A stretch of DNA of 64,000 nt from Takakia lepidozioides (taxonomy: Eukaryota > Plantae > Bryophyta): the NCBI GenBank assembly GCA_030704615.1, contig CM060734.1, positions 22,630,001 through 22,694,000 of the forward strand. The letters are read 5' to 3'. Below are positions 38,500-49,464 of this stretch, piece after piece. Below the pieces are notes generated by a model. The model saw only the letters and a program-made list of their open reading frames with translations, did no database searches and was not told the origin of the DNA. Made by a program: the position numbers and the translations under genes. Position 1 is the stretch's first letter; each line of letters opens with the position of its first letter.

Positions 38500-39195
38500 G
38501 TGTACCAAGGGGACAAGATTTATGTTTCCCAAGGAACTCAGACTGATTTGAGTGGAGAACAGTTGGACGAGTTGATTGCATACTGGGAGTCAGGCATTAG
38601 CAGTAGACAACAGACTGCTGTAGTTGGCATTGAGGGCCTCAATATCGCCTTGGACAGTCAGAACTCTGTTGGAGCAAGCAGTTCTGCAGCTGTAGGTGAA
38701 ATACCAAAGTGGGTGGAAGCTAGGCTTGGAACACAGCCAAAGACAGCCCCGGGGACCAAGGTGTTCAGCCACAAGGCCGTGGTGTACTGGAGCAGAGGAG
38801 CAGGAGCTACACAAGTTTGTGCAACCAGACATGGTTGCAGCCGGATACGCTCTGCACAGGGCAACCACGAACGGGGGTTCATCAGCAATGACATGTTTGT
38901 TGTGCGTGAAGGAGATGCAGTCATTCGCAATGAGGACACCCGCAACCGTCTCAAAGCTTTCGAGTTGAGAGACTATCAGACCCTACCTTTGTTTTCTTTA
39001 GTGTTCAGTGAGCGGGAGATAGGGGAGTATTGCTTTGTCTCTACCTGGCAGAAAGAGGAGGAGGGTTGGTTAGAGCGAGCTACTGTAGCTTGGGACAAGG
39101 TTAGTGGCAGGTTTCTGGACATAGATATACCTCCTACACCTTACCATCATGCAGAGCGAGGCACTTTGAGAGAAGTCTGGCAGTTGATAGCATAG
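38500..39195 (+). CDS. Extra ORF of unknown function upstream of gag
   Basis: 231-codon open frame, conserved in the outer copy. Confidence 0.65.
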   Translation: MYQGDKIYVSQGTQTDLSGEQLDELIAYWESGISSRQQTAVVGIEGLNIALDSQNSVGASSSAAVGEIPKWVEARLGTQPKTAPGTKVFSHKAVVYWSRGAGATQVCATRHGCSRIRSAQGNHERGFISNDMFVVREGDAVIRNEDTRNRLKAFELRDYQTLPLFSLVFSEREIGEYCFVSTWQKEEEGWLERATVAWDKVSGRFLDIDIPPTPYHHAERGTLREVWQLIA

Positions 39196-39708
39196 ATCAG
39201 GATTAGATCTTGCTTGGTCGGGCTTCTATTCTTCCCCTCCATCTCTGTACTATTTTCATTACCTTGTACTTGTAGTTGCCAAAGCCTCTCTTGGTGGAGG
39301 CCAGTCAGTCCGGGGTTTTGGGCTGGGATATTCTGCAGGATCAGCGTTGCTGCTGGATTTTGGTGTGGGGGTGTTGATGTTTTGATTTCTTGTGTTTGGA
39401 TCCCCCCCAACACCTGCATGCTTGACTGTGCGCCATGTTGGTTTTTGTGTGGGCGCTTGCTTTCATAGGGATTAGGCCGGATTTGATCACCGGTCAATCC
39501 TAGAGTATGCTGTCGGTGGTGAGGCTGGAGTGATGACCAGCAAGACCACCAGTGTTTCTTCTATGGTGAGGCTGGGTTGATGACCAGCCAACCATAGGAG
39601 TTCTTGCGGTGGATGCAGGTGCAGGTGCCCTGAGTCACTGGGATATGACCCTTAGACTGCAACAGGTGCCCACCCGTGTCACTATTAGATTAGTACTAGA
39701 GCCTTATA

Positions 39709-42700
39709 GTGTCACTGGAGGAGGTGCACATTGTGAGTGTCATTACGGAGTTACCCAAGGGTTTTGAGGGGAGTACGGCTACAGGCAGTAACAGTGAGAG
39801 TGGGTTCACAAGACGAGGTATTCGGTTCAGACCACCTTCACCGCCACCCTCAATTACTGTAGAGTCAGACACAGGCTCGGAGGCTTCATCAACAGGTGTG
39901 CACTTTCATTCGCCATTGTTGTGGGACGACATGGAGGAGATGTATGGAGCTACCAAGGGGCCTCGTAGGTACTCTGGAGCTGTGGGCACAATCGAGTTGG
40001 ATGACTTTATCCAGGAGTTCGACAGCTGGTGTGATTTGCAGCAGATGCGCAATCCACATCTATTCACCCCATTCATGGCGTGGAAGGGACTGTTCCAGCA
40101 TTTGGAAGGCCCGCCTATGGACGATTACCACGAGTTCAGGCAGGACATGAAGCAGAGATTGAGGAGTGGAGGATGTATTGGTCACCTGACTACATCTCCA
40201 TTACTCGAGGCATGACGCGACCAGTAGCTGCATCAGTACCAATAGCTCCCACTGCCAGCACTAGTAGTGGAGCAGGTAGTGCTGGTACTTCTGCAGGTGG
40301 TACCAGTTCAAAGGTGCTACTACTCCTCCTGCCACAGCTACAACACATGTGCCTAGATTCAACCCGGTGGTGGAGTTCTTCCAGGAGTTGCGGAGGAACT
40401 ACCAAGGTGTACGGACAGAGAAGCTGCGAAGTTTGCAAGACTTCCAGCGCAAACCCAGTGAGAGCCTGCGAGAGGCGTACACTCGTATGAGGCGCTTGAT
40501 AAGTGTGACCCAAGGGGTTACTGAAGCTCAGGCAATCCAGTTTTGGTATGGAATTCTGGACAAGGAGCTCAAGAGAAGGGTGCGAGATGCAACCCTGTTA
40601 CAAGCAGCCCAACCCACATTAGCAGATGTGTTTCTGCTGGCTGAGCGGATTGAGCTCAACATGGTGGAGGAACGAGTTGTTACAATTGGATTTGGCAAGG
40701 ACATGCCTGTACGGGGCACAGCTGTCAGCCCACAAGCACAAGGGACTGCCCAACAGCGTGGTCAGGGGGGCAAGGTTGCCCAGCCCAAGTTCCATGGAGC
40801 TTACAGGGGACCTCAGGTGCAGAGGCCCGTGGCATCTTTTGCAGGCCAACAGCAACCAGGGGTGATATGTTGGACATGTGGAGGACCCCATGTCAAGAGA
40901 GATTGCCCAGAGAGTGGCAGAAGGCCGGCACAAGCACAGCCTGCACAGTTGCAGTGTGGGCATTGTGGCAAGTATGGGCATGGAGATGCCCAGTGTTATG
41001 ACTTGCATCCTGAGTTGCGCCCAGGCCAGTTCCAAGGGAACAATGGTGGCCGGGGGCGAGGTGGACCAGCCCAAAGAGGACGAGGTGGTCGGGCACGAGG
41101 TGCAGGCCAAGGGCAAGCTCCACATGGCCAAGGACGCGGAGGTCAGGGTGTTGACCAAGGCATGGCCAATCGGCTTCAGCAGCTAGAGCAGAGGCTCGCT
41201 GCCATGGCTATAGCTCAGGCGGTACCGGCTCCCAGGCGGGATGGCCACCTCCTGCTCCTGAGGGAGGAGATATGGGAGGCATGGGATTCATGTGCGGAGC
41301 AGCACTACCACTAGAGCAGGTGGAGTCTGCTGCAGCCGTGACTCGAGGAGCAACACGAGTTCCTGAGCCACGAGGTGCAGAGGTGGAGTTGGATCCACAA
41401 CGTGGGGAGGCAAGCCGTCAGGCAAGGCTGCCTCAGTCATTCACCTTGGCGGAGACAGTGTCAACGCCATCCATGGCACCTAGTTCTCGCCCGACTGTTA
41501 CCGAGGCGGAGGTTACTATGCCATTGGGGAGAGCTACCCGTGCAGCACTGACACCTACTACCAAGGCTAGTGCAGCCGGTGTGTTATTGGGAGCAGCCAC
41601 CTCTGTGTGTCAAGCCCCACTGTTCTCGGCGACCATGATTGCGACGCCGGGAGTGAGACCAGCTGCAGTGTTCAGACTAGCAGCAACACTCTGCGAGAGT
41701 GGAGAGGTCACTTCATCTTCTGCGGAGTTAGTGGAAGGTGTAGTGGCAGAGGGATCCTCGGATTTGAGGGTCAAGACTGCCACGGCAGCGCCCTGGCAAG
41801 CTGCAGCTGCCAGATTGACGGAGCTGCCAGCTAGGCCAGCCTTTGAGCGCGCCATGGTGACACCTGGAGTTGTCTTGTTAGACAACCAGGGAGGCATTTT
41901 CACTTTGAGTGGACCGGCAGGCAAGAAGTACCGGCCACTGCGGGTCTTGTTGGACTCAGGAGCCCAGCCACTGATGTTGGGCAGAGCTGCTATTGCAGGT
42001 TTGGGCCTCATGGAGGCGGATATGGAGCCTTGTCCTTTCCAGATACAGACATCTCTGGGAGGATCAGAGCAGGCTCGCGGCATGACACGGCATCAGTTGG
42101 CTATTAGACTGCAGCCGGATCATCCTGTAGATGGCTCAGTGATGCGAGCCAAGGCCATTGTGACAGACGCGGTCTCTTACGATGTCCTCGTTGGTGGGGC
42201 AGTGTTATACCCCATGGGCTTCACCCTGGATTTCTGGGAGGAGTCAGCATCCTACAGGCCTGGATGGCAGTCAGGGGATGGTCGCCGTGCACAGCTCCCT
42301 GTGACATTCATTGGGGGTATTGCAGCTGCTCAGCGGGGCAAGATGCCAACACTAGCCGCCTTCACAGCTGCAGTCAGCTGGCCTGGAGAGTTGCTGGAAG
42401 GCAATGCCCATGCAGAGGATGTGCCACCTCCAGCAGAGCAGGATGACATGCATGGTACGGCGGAGTTGCCTGCCATGGTTGCTCACACTCCGTTGTGGGG
42501 TACGAGCAAGGATTTGCAGCACGCTGCTGATGGACGGGTGCAACAAGCTTGGGTAGAAGCTTTTGTACCGTCAGGAGAGGAGGAGAGTGCGGTGATTGTA
42601 CCAGGGCCACCTCAGTTGTCGCCATTGGACACCACACCTCTTGTGTGGCAGCGACCGGATGAAGGCATATGCCTTCTGGACTTGTTTGGCGGGATCAGCA

Positions 42701-43914
42701 CTGGATTGGCTGCAGTGCTGCAGGCAGGTGTACGAGTTCGACGTTACCTGTATGTGGAGAGGGATGAGACTGCACGACGCGTCTCACTGCGCCATGTTGC
42801 TCAGATGGTGCAGCAGCACCCTGAGTTGTTGCCGGTGTCTGCAGTTCGTGGATATCAGCAGGCCTTGCCAGCAGACATTGCGTTGCTGGGGGCGCAGGAT
42901 TTGGAGCGGGTTGGCTCCATTGATCTGGTAGTGGCAGGTTGGCCCTGCCAAGGGCATTCATCAGCCGGGCATGGCAATGGATTGCGAGACTCGAGGACGG
43001 GTCTGTTTTGGGAGATGGTGCGGATTTTGCGCCACTTGCAGCTTCATCAGGCTGTATCTCCGGCATACATCTTGGAGAATGTGCCACTGATGGGTGATTC
43101 TCGGGCCAGGGTGATGGCCAGTGTGCATCAAGTCCGGTCGTGGCTTGGGTCAGCAGTGTTGCTGGATGCAGCTGCAGTGGGGTCACGGGCTCATCGTCCA
43201 CGACTATGGTGGACTAACTTGATGCCACCCGCACTGCTCAAGCGTGCATTTGATGGGGTGCAGCGGCCAGCACACCTCACCGTGGATGGCATTTTGGACA
43301 CAGGAAGGCAGTCTCAACGTGTGAGACACGATGACCGTTCGCCTTTGGCAGTGGTCAACAGGGTGGGTCAACCACGAGCAGCATTACCTACACTGCTCAG
43401 CTTCCCAGGATCCCATGCTTTTCGGGATGGTGGACCTGGCCTCCTGTGGGATGCTCAGTTGCAGCAGTTAGTGGAGCCTAATGCCGACGAGCGAGAGCGG
43501 GCTATGGGGTTTTCCACTGGGACCACGGCGGTGCCTTCTCTTTCTGAGGCATCACGTCGTCAGGTGTTGGGGCAAGCAATGGATCTCAATTGCTTGACCT
43601 GGATTGTCAGCTTGGCTATGGCTGAGCAACGTAGAGTGCGGAGTGCACTTCCCTTGACGGTCTCTCTGCCTACCGAGACGGTACAGGCAGCGAGTGGGGG
43701 CGAGCTGGTGAGGACCACGAGGTGTAGACATCCATGGCACATGTGGGAGGTGCTCGAGGTTCAGAGGGAGTTGGCAGCGAAGGCAGCTGTGATGGATGAG
43801 GTTGGGGATTCTTCTCGGGATGAGGAGGTTCTCAATGATGAGATGATGGGGCAGGATGAGGCCTTGTCATTGACTGAGCAGGAAGGGGGTACTGCTCAAG
43901 AGGTTGCAGCATAG
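39709..43914 (+). CDS. Gag-protease-C5 DNA methyltransferase polyprotein (three 1-nt indels relative to the outer copy)
   Basis: Zinc knuckles CWTCGGPHVKRDC and CGHCGKYGHGDAQC; protease LLDSGA (41947); DNMT ~42667-43620 with LDLFGG, YVERD, AGWPCQG, ILENV, HRPRLWW, ERERAMGF, LGQAM. Confidence 0.92.
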
Positions 43915-46900
43915 CAACCACGGGACGGTCCTCTACCTCTAAGCCCACTGGACTTAAGGTTGCAGTTACGGAGGACAATTGGGAGCCTGACATTGGACCC
44001 ATTGTCACCGGAGGAGAGAGACGACGTATACGGCGGTTCCTGAGGGCTTATAGGAATTGCTTTGCCTTCAGTTTGAAGGACTTGGGAGCACTGAAGGGTC
44101 AAGAGATCCGTATTGAGTTGGCCACTGACACGCCAATCTTTCGGAGACCCTATAGATACAGTGACATGGAGAGGTCTTTGATTCAGATGAGGACTCAAGA
44201 TCTCTGGGAGGCAGGTTTGGTGGAGCTCTCTGGTGGAGAGTATGCTTCAGCCACAGTGATGCCAGCTAAGAAGGATGTCTATGGCAATTGGACGGAGAGA
44301 CGTATGTGCGGTGATTACCGGCCTGTAAATCGTCAGACCAAGTCCGATAGGTATGCCATGCCAACACCAGAGGAGATCTTTGATGCCATTGGGCATTCCA
44401 AGGTCTTTAGCACGTTGGATTTACGATCCGGATATCACCAGTTGCCGATCAAGGAGGCGGATAAGCAAAAGACGGCATTCTGGGGGATCAATGAGCACGG
44501 GAAGGATTGCCTATACCAGTGGCGGTTCTTACCATTTGGGCTTAAAAACGCTCCCGCTGAGTTTCAAAGAGTCATGGACAGGATTCTAGCAGGGGTGGAG
44601 TTTGCTCGGTGCTACATAGATGACATCATCATCTTTAGTGCTACGGTGGAGGAGCATGAGAGACACCTTCAGGGGGTATTTGAGCGCTTGAGGACGCACG
44701 GATTGAAGTTACATCCGGGCAAGTGCAAGTTTTTCCACAACCAGATTGAGTATCTGGGTCACATGATATATCCTGGAGGATTGGGGGTACAGCAGACTAA
44801 GGTAGAGTCCATTGCACAGGTTCCACGCCCCACGGATGTGAGCCGAGTTCGAGCTTTCATGGGGTTAGCAAACTATTACAGACGGTTTGTTAAGGGATTT
44901 AGTGCCATTGCAAAGGCTCTAACCAAGCTGACCAAGGTGGACCAGGAGTGGCAGTGGGAAGATGAGCAAGAACAAGCTTTTCAAGAGCTCAAGGCGAGGT
45001 TGACCTCGGCGCCCATCTTGAGACGACCTATCAGGGGGCGTCCTTTTCAGCTGCATACAGATTGGAGCATGCTGGGGCTTGGAGCGGTGCTCACACAGGT
45101 GGATGATGAGGGAAGAGAGTTCGTAGTGGCTTATGCTAGCCGCTCGAACAATGCTGCAGAGTCTAAGTATAGCTCATATGAGGGAGAATGCTTAGCTGCA
45201 GTGTGGGCCGTGGCACACTTCAGGTGCTATTATACGGCAATCTCTTCACCCTTGTCACGGATCACCAACCACTCAAGTGGTTGATGGAGTCAGACAAGCT
45301 TACGGGGAAGCTTGCACGGTGGGCACTCATCCTTCAAGAGTATGACTTTCAGGTGGTGCATCGACCGGGTTTGGTCAATCGAAATGCAGATGGGTTGAGT
45401 CGCAATCCATGCACGAGCCAGCAGGATGACACTGGAGCTCGGTGGCATGGTGAGACGGACGAGGAGATGGTGCCCGGATGGCATGCATCTGCATTTCTGT
45501 GTATCTTGGCAGCGGAAGGCCAGGTTGGACCTACAACAGGGATGACTGTAGATCAAGTGTCTGAGGACCCTGAGGCCAGCAATGAGCAGGGTGGCGCCAA
45601 AGATATACATGAGGATTCAGTTGTGTTGGACTACCTCCGCAGTGGAGACACGGCAGCCACTATGACTGCCAAGGAGAGGGATCGGATCCTACAACGAGCC
45701 AAGAGGTTCAGGTGGGAGGGGACACACCTGCTCCGAGTGTGGGAGGATGGTCGAGTGAGGATTGTGCCTCACCCAACACAGCGGGCACGGTTAGTGCGGC
45801 ATGCCCATGAGGAGTTGGGGCATTTTGGGGTGCGACGCACTCATAGTCTACTGCAGGGGCAGTATTGGTGGCGTGGTATGCACACAGAGGTGCAACAATT
45901 TGTGGCTAGGTGCATGGTGTGTGACAGGGTGCGTGCTTCATTCAACGCCCCTACTCCACAATTGCACCCTCTTCCGATCATGGGATTGGGCTACAGGTGG
46001 AGTCTTGACTTCGCAGGGCCGTTGCCACTGACCATGCGCCACAACAAGTACGTGTTGGTGATGGTGGAGCACTTCTCCAAGTGGATTGAATTGGTTCCAT
46101 TGCCTGATAAGGCTAGTGAGGGAGCTGCGTATGCATTCCTGGATTGTGTGCTTAGCCGATTCGGTGCTCCAGCTGAGGTACTCACGGACCAAGGGAGAGA
46201 GTTCTTGGGGGAGTTTCAGGCTTTGTGTGACAAGGCCTTGATAGACCACCGCACCACTTCTCGGGATCATCCTGAAGCCGATGGCTTGGCAGAGAGAGTT
46301 GTTCAGACAGTAAAGAGGGGTTTGCGCAAGTATGGCTTGCAGAAGGGACACCTAGGAGATTGGGACCTTCAGTTACCCTGGTTAGCCATGGGCTACAGGT
46401 TCAGCAAGCAAGCATCACTTGCCTCCTTCTCACCATACTTTCTTCTCTTTGGCCGAGAGCCGGATTTGCCTACATCCATTCGCAGAGAAGCTGCTACAGT
46501 TCTTAACCTTGACGATCCGGACGTGTGGGCACGTGCATGTGAGCAGCGTGCAGAGTTGTTCAAGAGAGTCATGCCCATGGCTTTCGAGAACCTTGCCATT
46601 GCACAACACCGTGATACGTTGAGGTATGCTACCATACGTGGTGGGGGCTATCGTCCTGGGGTTCGGAGATTCAACCCTGGTGACTATGTCTATCTGCAGC
46701 AGACTGCTCCTACGACCCTGGATGTGACTGCAGGACGTGTTATTTTGAGGGTTCGAGAGGTCTTGCCCTCAGGCGTCTTGGTCTTGGAGGGTCGGGATGG
46801 CATAACTTGGAAGGACCATGTGCGTAATTGTGCGCCATGTCACCTTCCGAATGTCGATGGCAGGATTGACCCAAACCTGGCAGTGGTATCTGCAGGTTTG

Positions 46901-47050
46901 AGGTGCATGTTGTGTGGGTCTGCTAAAGGGGCAGCCACCATGCTGGTGTGTGATCGATGCTCTAGAGGTTGGCATATGGGATGCTTGACTCCACCTCTTG
47001 AGATGGTTCCGGATGGGGATTGGTTATGTCCACAATTGCATTGGATAGTG
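43915..47050 (+). CDS. RT-RNaseH-integrase-PHD
   Basis: RMCGDYRPVN, LDLRSGYHQ, LPFGLKNAP, YIDD (44613); RH TDWS/YEGECLA/TDHQPL; INT HEELGH..CMVC, LDF, TDQG, AER; PHD CMLC..CDRC..H..C..WLC. Single-nt indels at ~43929, ~45230 and ~47033. Confidence 0.95.
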
Positions 47051-47292
47051 GGAGTGGATACAACCATGGAAGGCTAACAAGCAACGCAAGGCCCAGCTAC
47101 AGGAGACCTTGAACACACGAAGTCCTGGCTCAAGTTCACAGATTGCAAGACGGCGACTAACGATGGGGCTACTCTTGTACCCGGCCTCTTGGTCTATAGA
47201 GTTTGAGTACGATAGGGACAGTGATAGAGGACTTAGTACGGCTGTGGCTATTACATCTTGTAGCTATCTGGAGGTAGAGGGACCTATCCACC

Positions 47293-47306
47293 AGCTAGGG
47301 GGGCGA
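47293..47306 (+). promoter_or_regulatory. Polypurine tract
   Basis: AGCTAGGGGGGCGA sits 1 nt before the TGTGG start of segment B; same at 61640-61653. Confidence 0.8.
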
Positions 47307-47307
47307 T

Positions 47308-48641
47308 TGTGGTAGACTACTTTATTGTGCATATATGTGTGGTGTGGTTTGGACAGCGATGTAGTTGTGTAGCGATATGTATGCGCACGACAGCTGTCAA
47401 GTTAAATAAGCACAGTGTGAAAACAGCTAGAATAAAACTAGTTATTTGTATTTAACACTTGGATTTAGGTCAAGTGTTAAATCAGGTGTCAAGTTTAGTT
47501 TGACACCTGGTCTGTCTTATCTTCACGAGAGCGGCAGTCGCGCGGCTCATCTCTCTCGAGTTGAGCCTGCGCGACCGAGCTCCTGCATTGTTTAGGACTG
47601 AGTGTGCTTATGATGGGAGTGTAGGTTGTTGTGGGGTGGAGTCCCCATAGCTTGGGGTGCCCCTGGCTCGACTTCTATTTTAAAGAGTGATCTTGAGGGA
47701 TTGCATATTTCTTGTGTTGAGAGTGTGTGTCCTTTACAAGTTTGTTTATCATTGTGGTAGACTACTTTATTGTGCATATATGTGTGGTGTGGTTTGGACA
47801 GCGATGTAGTTGTGTAGCGATATGTATGCGCACGACAGCTGTCAAGTTAAATAAGCACAGTGTGAAAACAGCTAGAATAAAACTAGTTATTTGTATTTAA
47901 CACTTGGATTTAGGTCAAGTGTTAAATCAGGTGTCAAGTTTAGTTTGACACCTGGTCTGCCTTATCTTCACGAGAGCGGCAGTCGCGCGGCTCATCTCTC
48001 TCGAGTTGAGCCTGCGCGACCGAGCTCCTGCATTGTTGAGGACTGAGTGTGCTTATGATGGGAGTGTAGGTTGTTGTGGGGTGGAGTCCCCATAGCTTGG
48101 GGTGCCCCTGGCTCGACTTCTATTTTAAAGAGTGATCTTGAGGGATTGCATATTTCTTGTGTTGAGAGTGTGTGTCCTTTACAAGTTTGTTTATCATTGT
48201 GGTAGACTACTTTATTGTGCATATATGTGTGGTGTGGTTTGGACAGCGATGTAGTTGTGTAGCGATATGTATGCGCACGACAGCTGTCAAGTTAAATAAG
48301 CACAGTGTGAAAACAGCTAGAATAAAACTAGTTATTTGTATTTAACACTTGGATTTAGGTCAAGTGTTAAATCAGGTGTCAAGTTTAGTTTGACACCTGG
48401 TCTGCCTTATCTTCACGAGAGCGGCAGTCGCGCGGCTCATCTCTCTCGAGTTGAGCCTGCGCGACCGAGCTCCTGCATTGTTGAGGACTGAGTGTGCTTA
48501 TGATGGGAGTGTAGGTTGTTGTGGGGTGGAGTCCCCATAGCTTGGGGTGCCCCTGGCTCGACTTCTATTTTAAAGAGTGATCTTGAGGGATTGCATATTT
48601 CTTGTGTTGAGAGTGTGTGTCCTTTACAAGTTTGTTTATCA
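47308..48641 (+). repeat. Three tandem 444-bp LTRs (B-GC-A) joined by a single T; period 445
   Basis: Units 47308-47751, 47753-48196 and 48198-48641. Confidence 0.95.
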
Positions 48642-49464
48642 CTCGAGAGAGATGAGCGTTATCTAGTGTGCTGGTGCTAAGCTAGATACAATGTTTGTTT
48701 TAGCATTATTATAATATATATCTTGGGGCGGGAGTCCATCTGGCCTTGCTGTTTCGCTGGTCTGTGCGCAAGAGCATAGGTGCTGTACAGTCCATTAGAG
48801 GGAGAAGGAGAAGGTTGCAGAGATGGAGAAGGCAGCGGACAGGCATTAAGGGAATGTGGTGCTGGTGCTGGACTTCGGATCGCAGTATACGCATCTTATC
48901 ACCGTCGTGTCCGACAGTTCTCTATTTGCCCCTTTTGCTTACCTGCTGGTACCCCCTTGGAAGCCATTCAGGGGCTCAATCCCTCCGTTATAATTCTCTC
49001 AGGTGGACCCCGTTCTGTCCATGGAGAGGGCTCTCCAACTGTGCCTGATGGCTTCTTCGAGTACACAAGGAATCATGGGATCGTAGTGCTTGGCGTTTTA
49101 CGGGCTGCACCTTATTGTCAAAGTGCTGGGAGGAGAGGTCAAGCAGGCGGAGAGCCAAGAGTATGGGCGCATGTAAATAGCTGCTGTGAAGGATAGTAAA
49201 ACTATATGGTGATGCAGAGAGCTTCTCAAACCCGGTCGTGTGGATGAGTCATAGTGATGAGGCAGTTAACGTTCACCAGGCTTTCACGTCGTAGCCACCA
49301 GTTTGCAGGGCAACATTGCTGCCATTGAGAACAGCGCTGCTGGAATTTATGCTCTTCAAATTGTTTATCAAATTTATGCTCTGGTAGACTACTTTATTGT
49401 GCATATATGTGTGGTGTGGTTTGGACAGCGATGTAGTTGTGTAGCGATATGTATGCGCACGACA
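48642..49464 (+). repeat. Duplicated PBS and GMP-synthase leader, filler DNA and terminal B segment
   Basis: 48642-~49358 copies 36067-~36783, followed by ATTGTTTATCA-AATTTATGCTCT and B (~49382-49464). Confidence 0.9.

Larger units (their letters stand above)
35710..49464 (+). mobile_element. Inner (young) Ty3/Gypsy element with permuted LTR ends, DNMT and PHD
   Basis: Begins TGTCAAG and ends GCACGACA; 4-bp TSD GAGA (35706-35709 and 49465-49468). Domain order PR-(DNMT)-RT-RH-INT; repeat copies nearly identical. Confidence 0.96.

Noticed and set aside
43878-43914. Programmed -1 frameshift between DNMT and RT
   Set aside because: The outer copy is in frame across the TAG; the inner shift is explained by a 1-nt deletion near 43929.
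35710-49464. DIRS/Ngaro tyrosine-recombinase element
   Set aside because: It has split repeats, but encodes protease and a HHCC-DDE integrase, no tyrosine recombinase was seen, and it has a 4-bp TSD.
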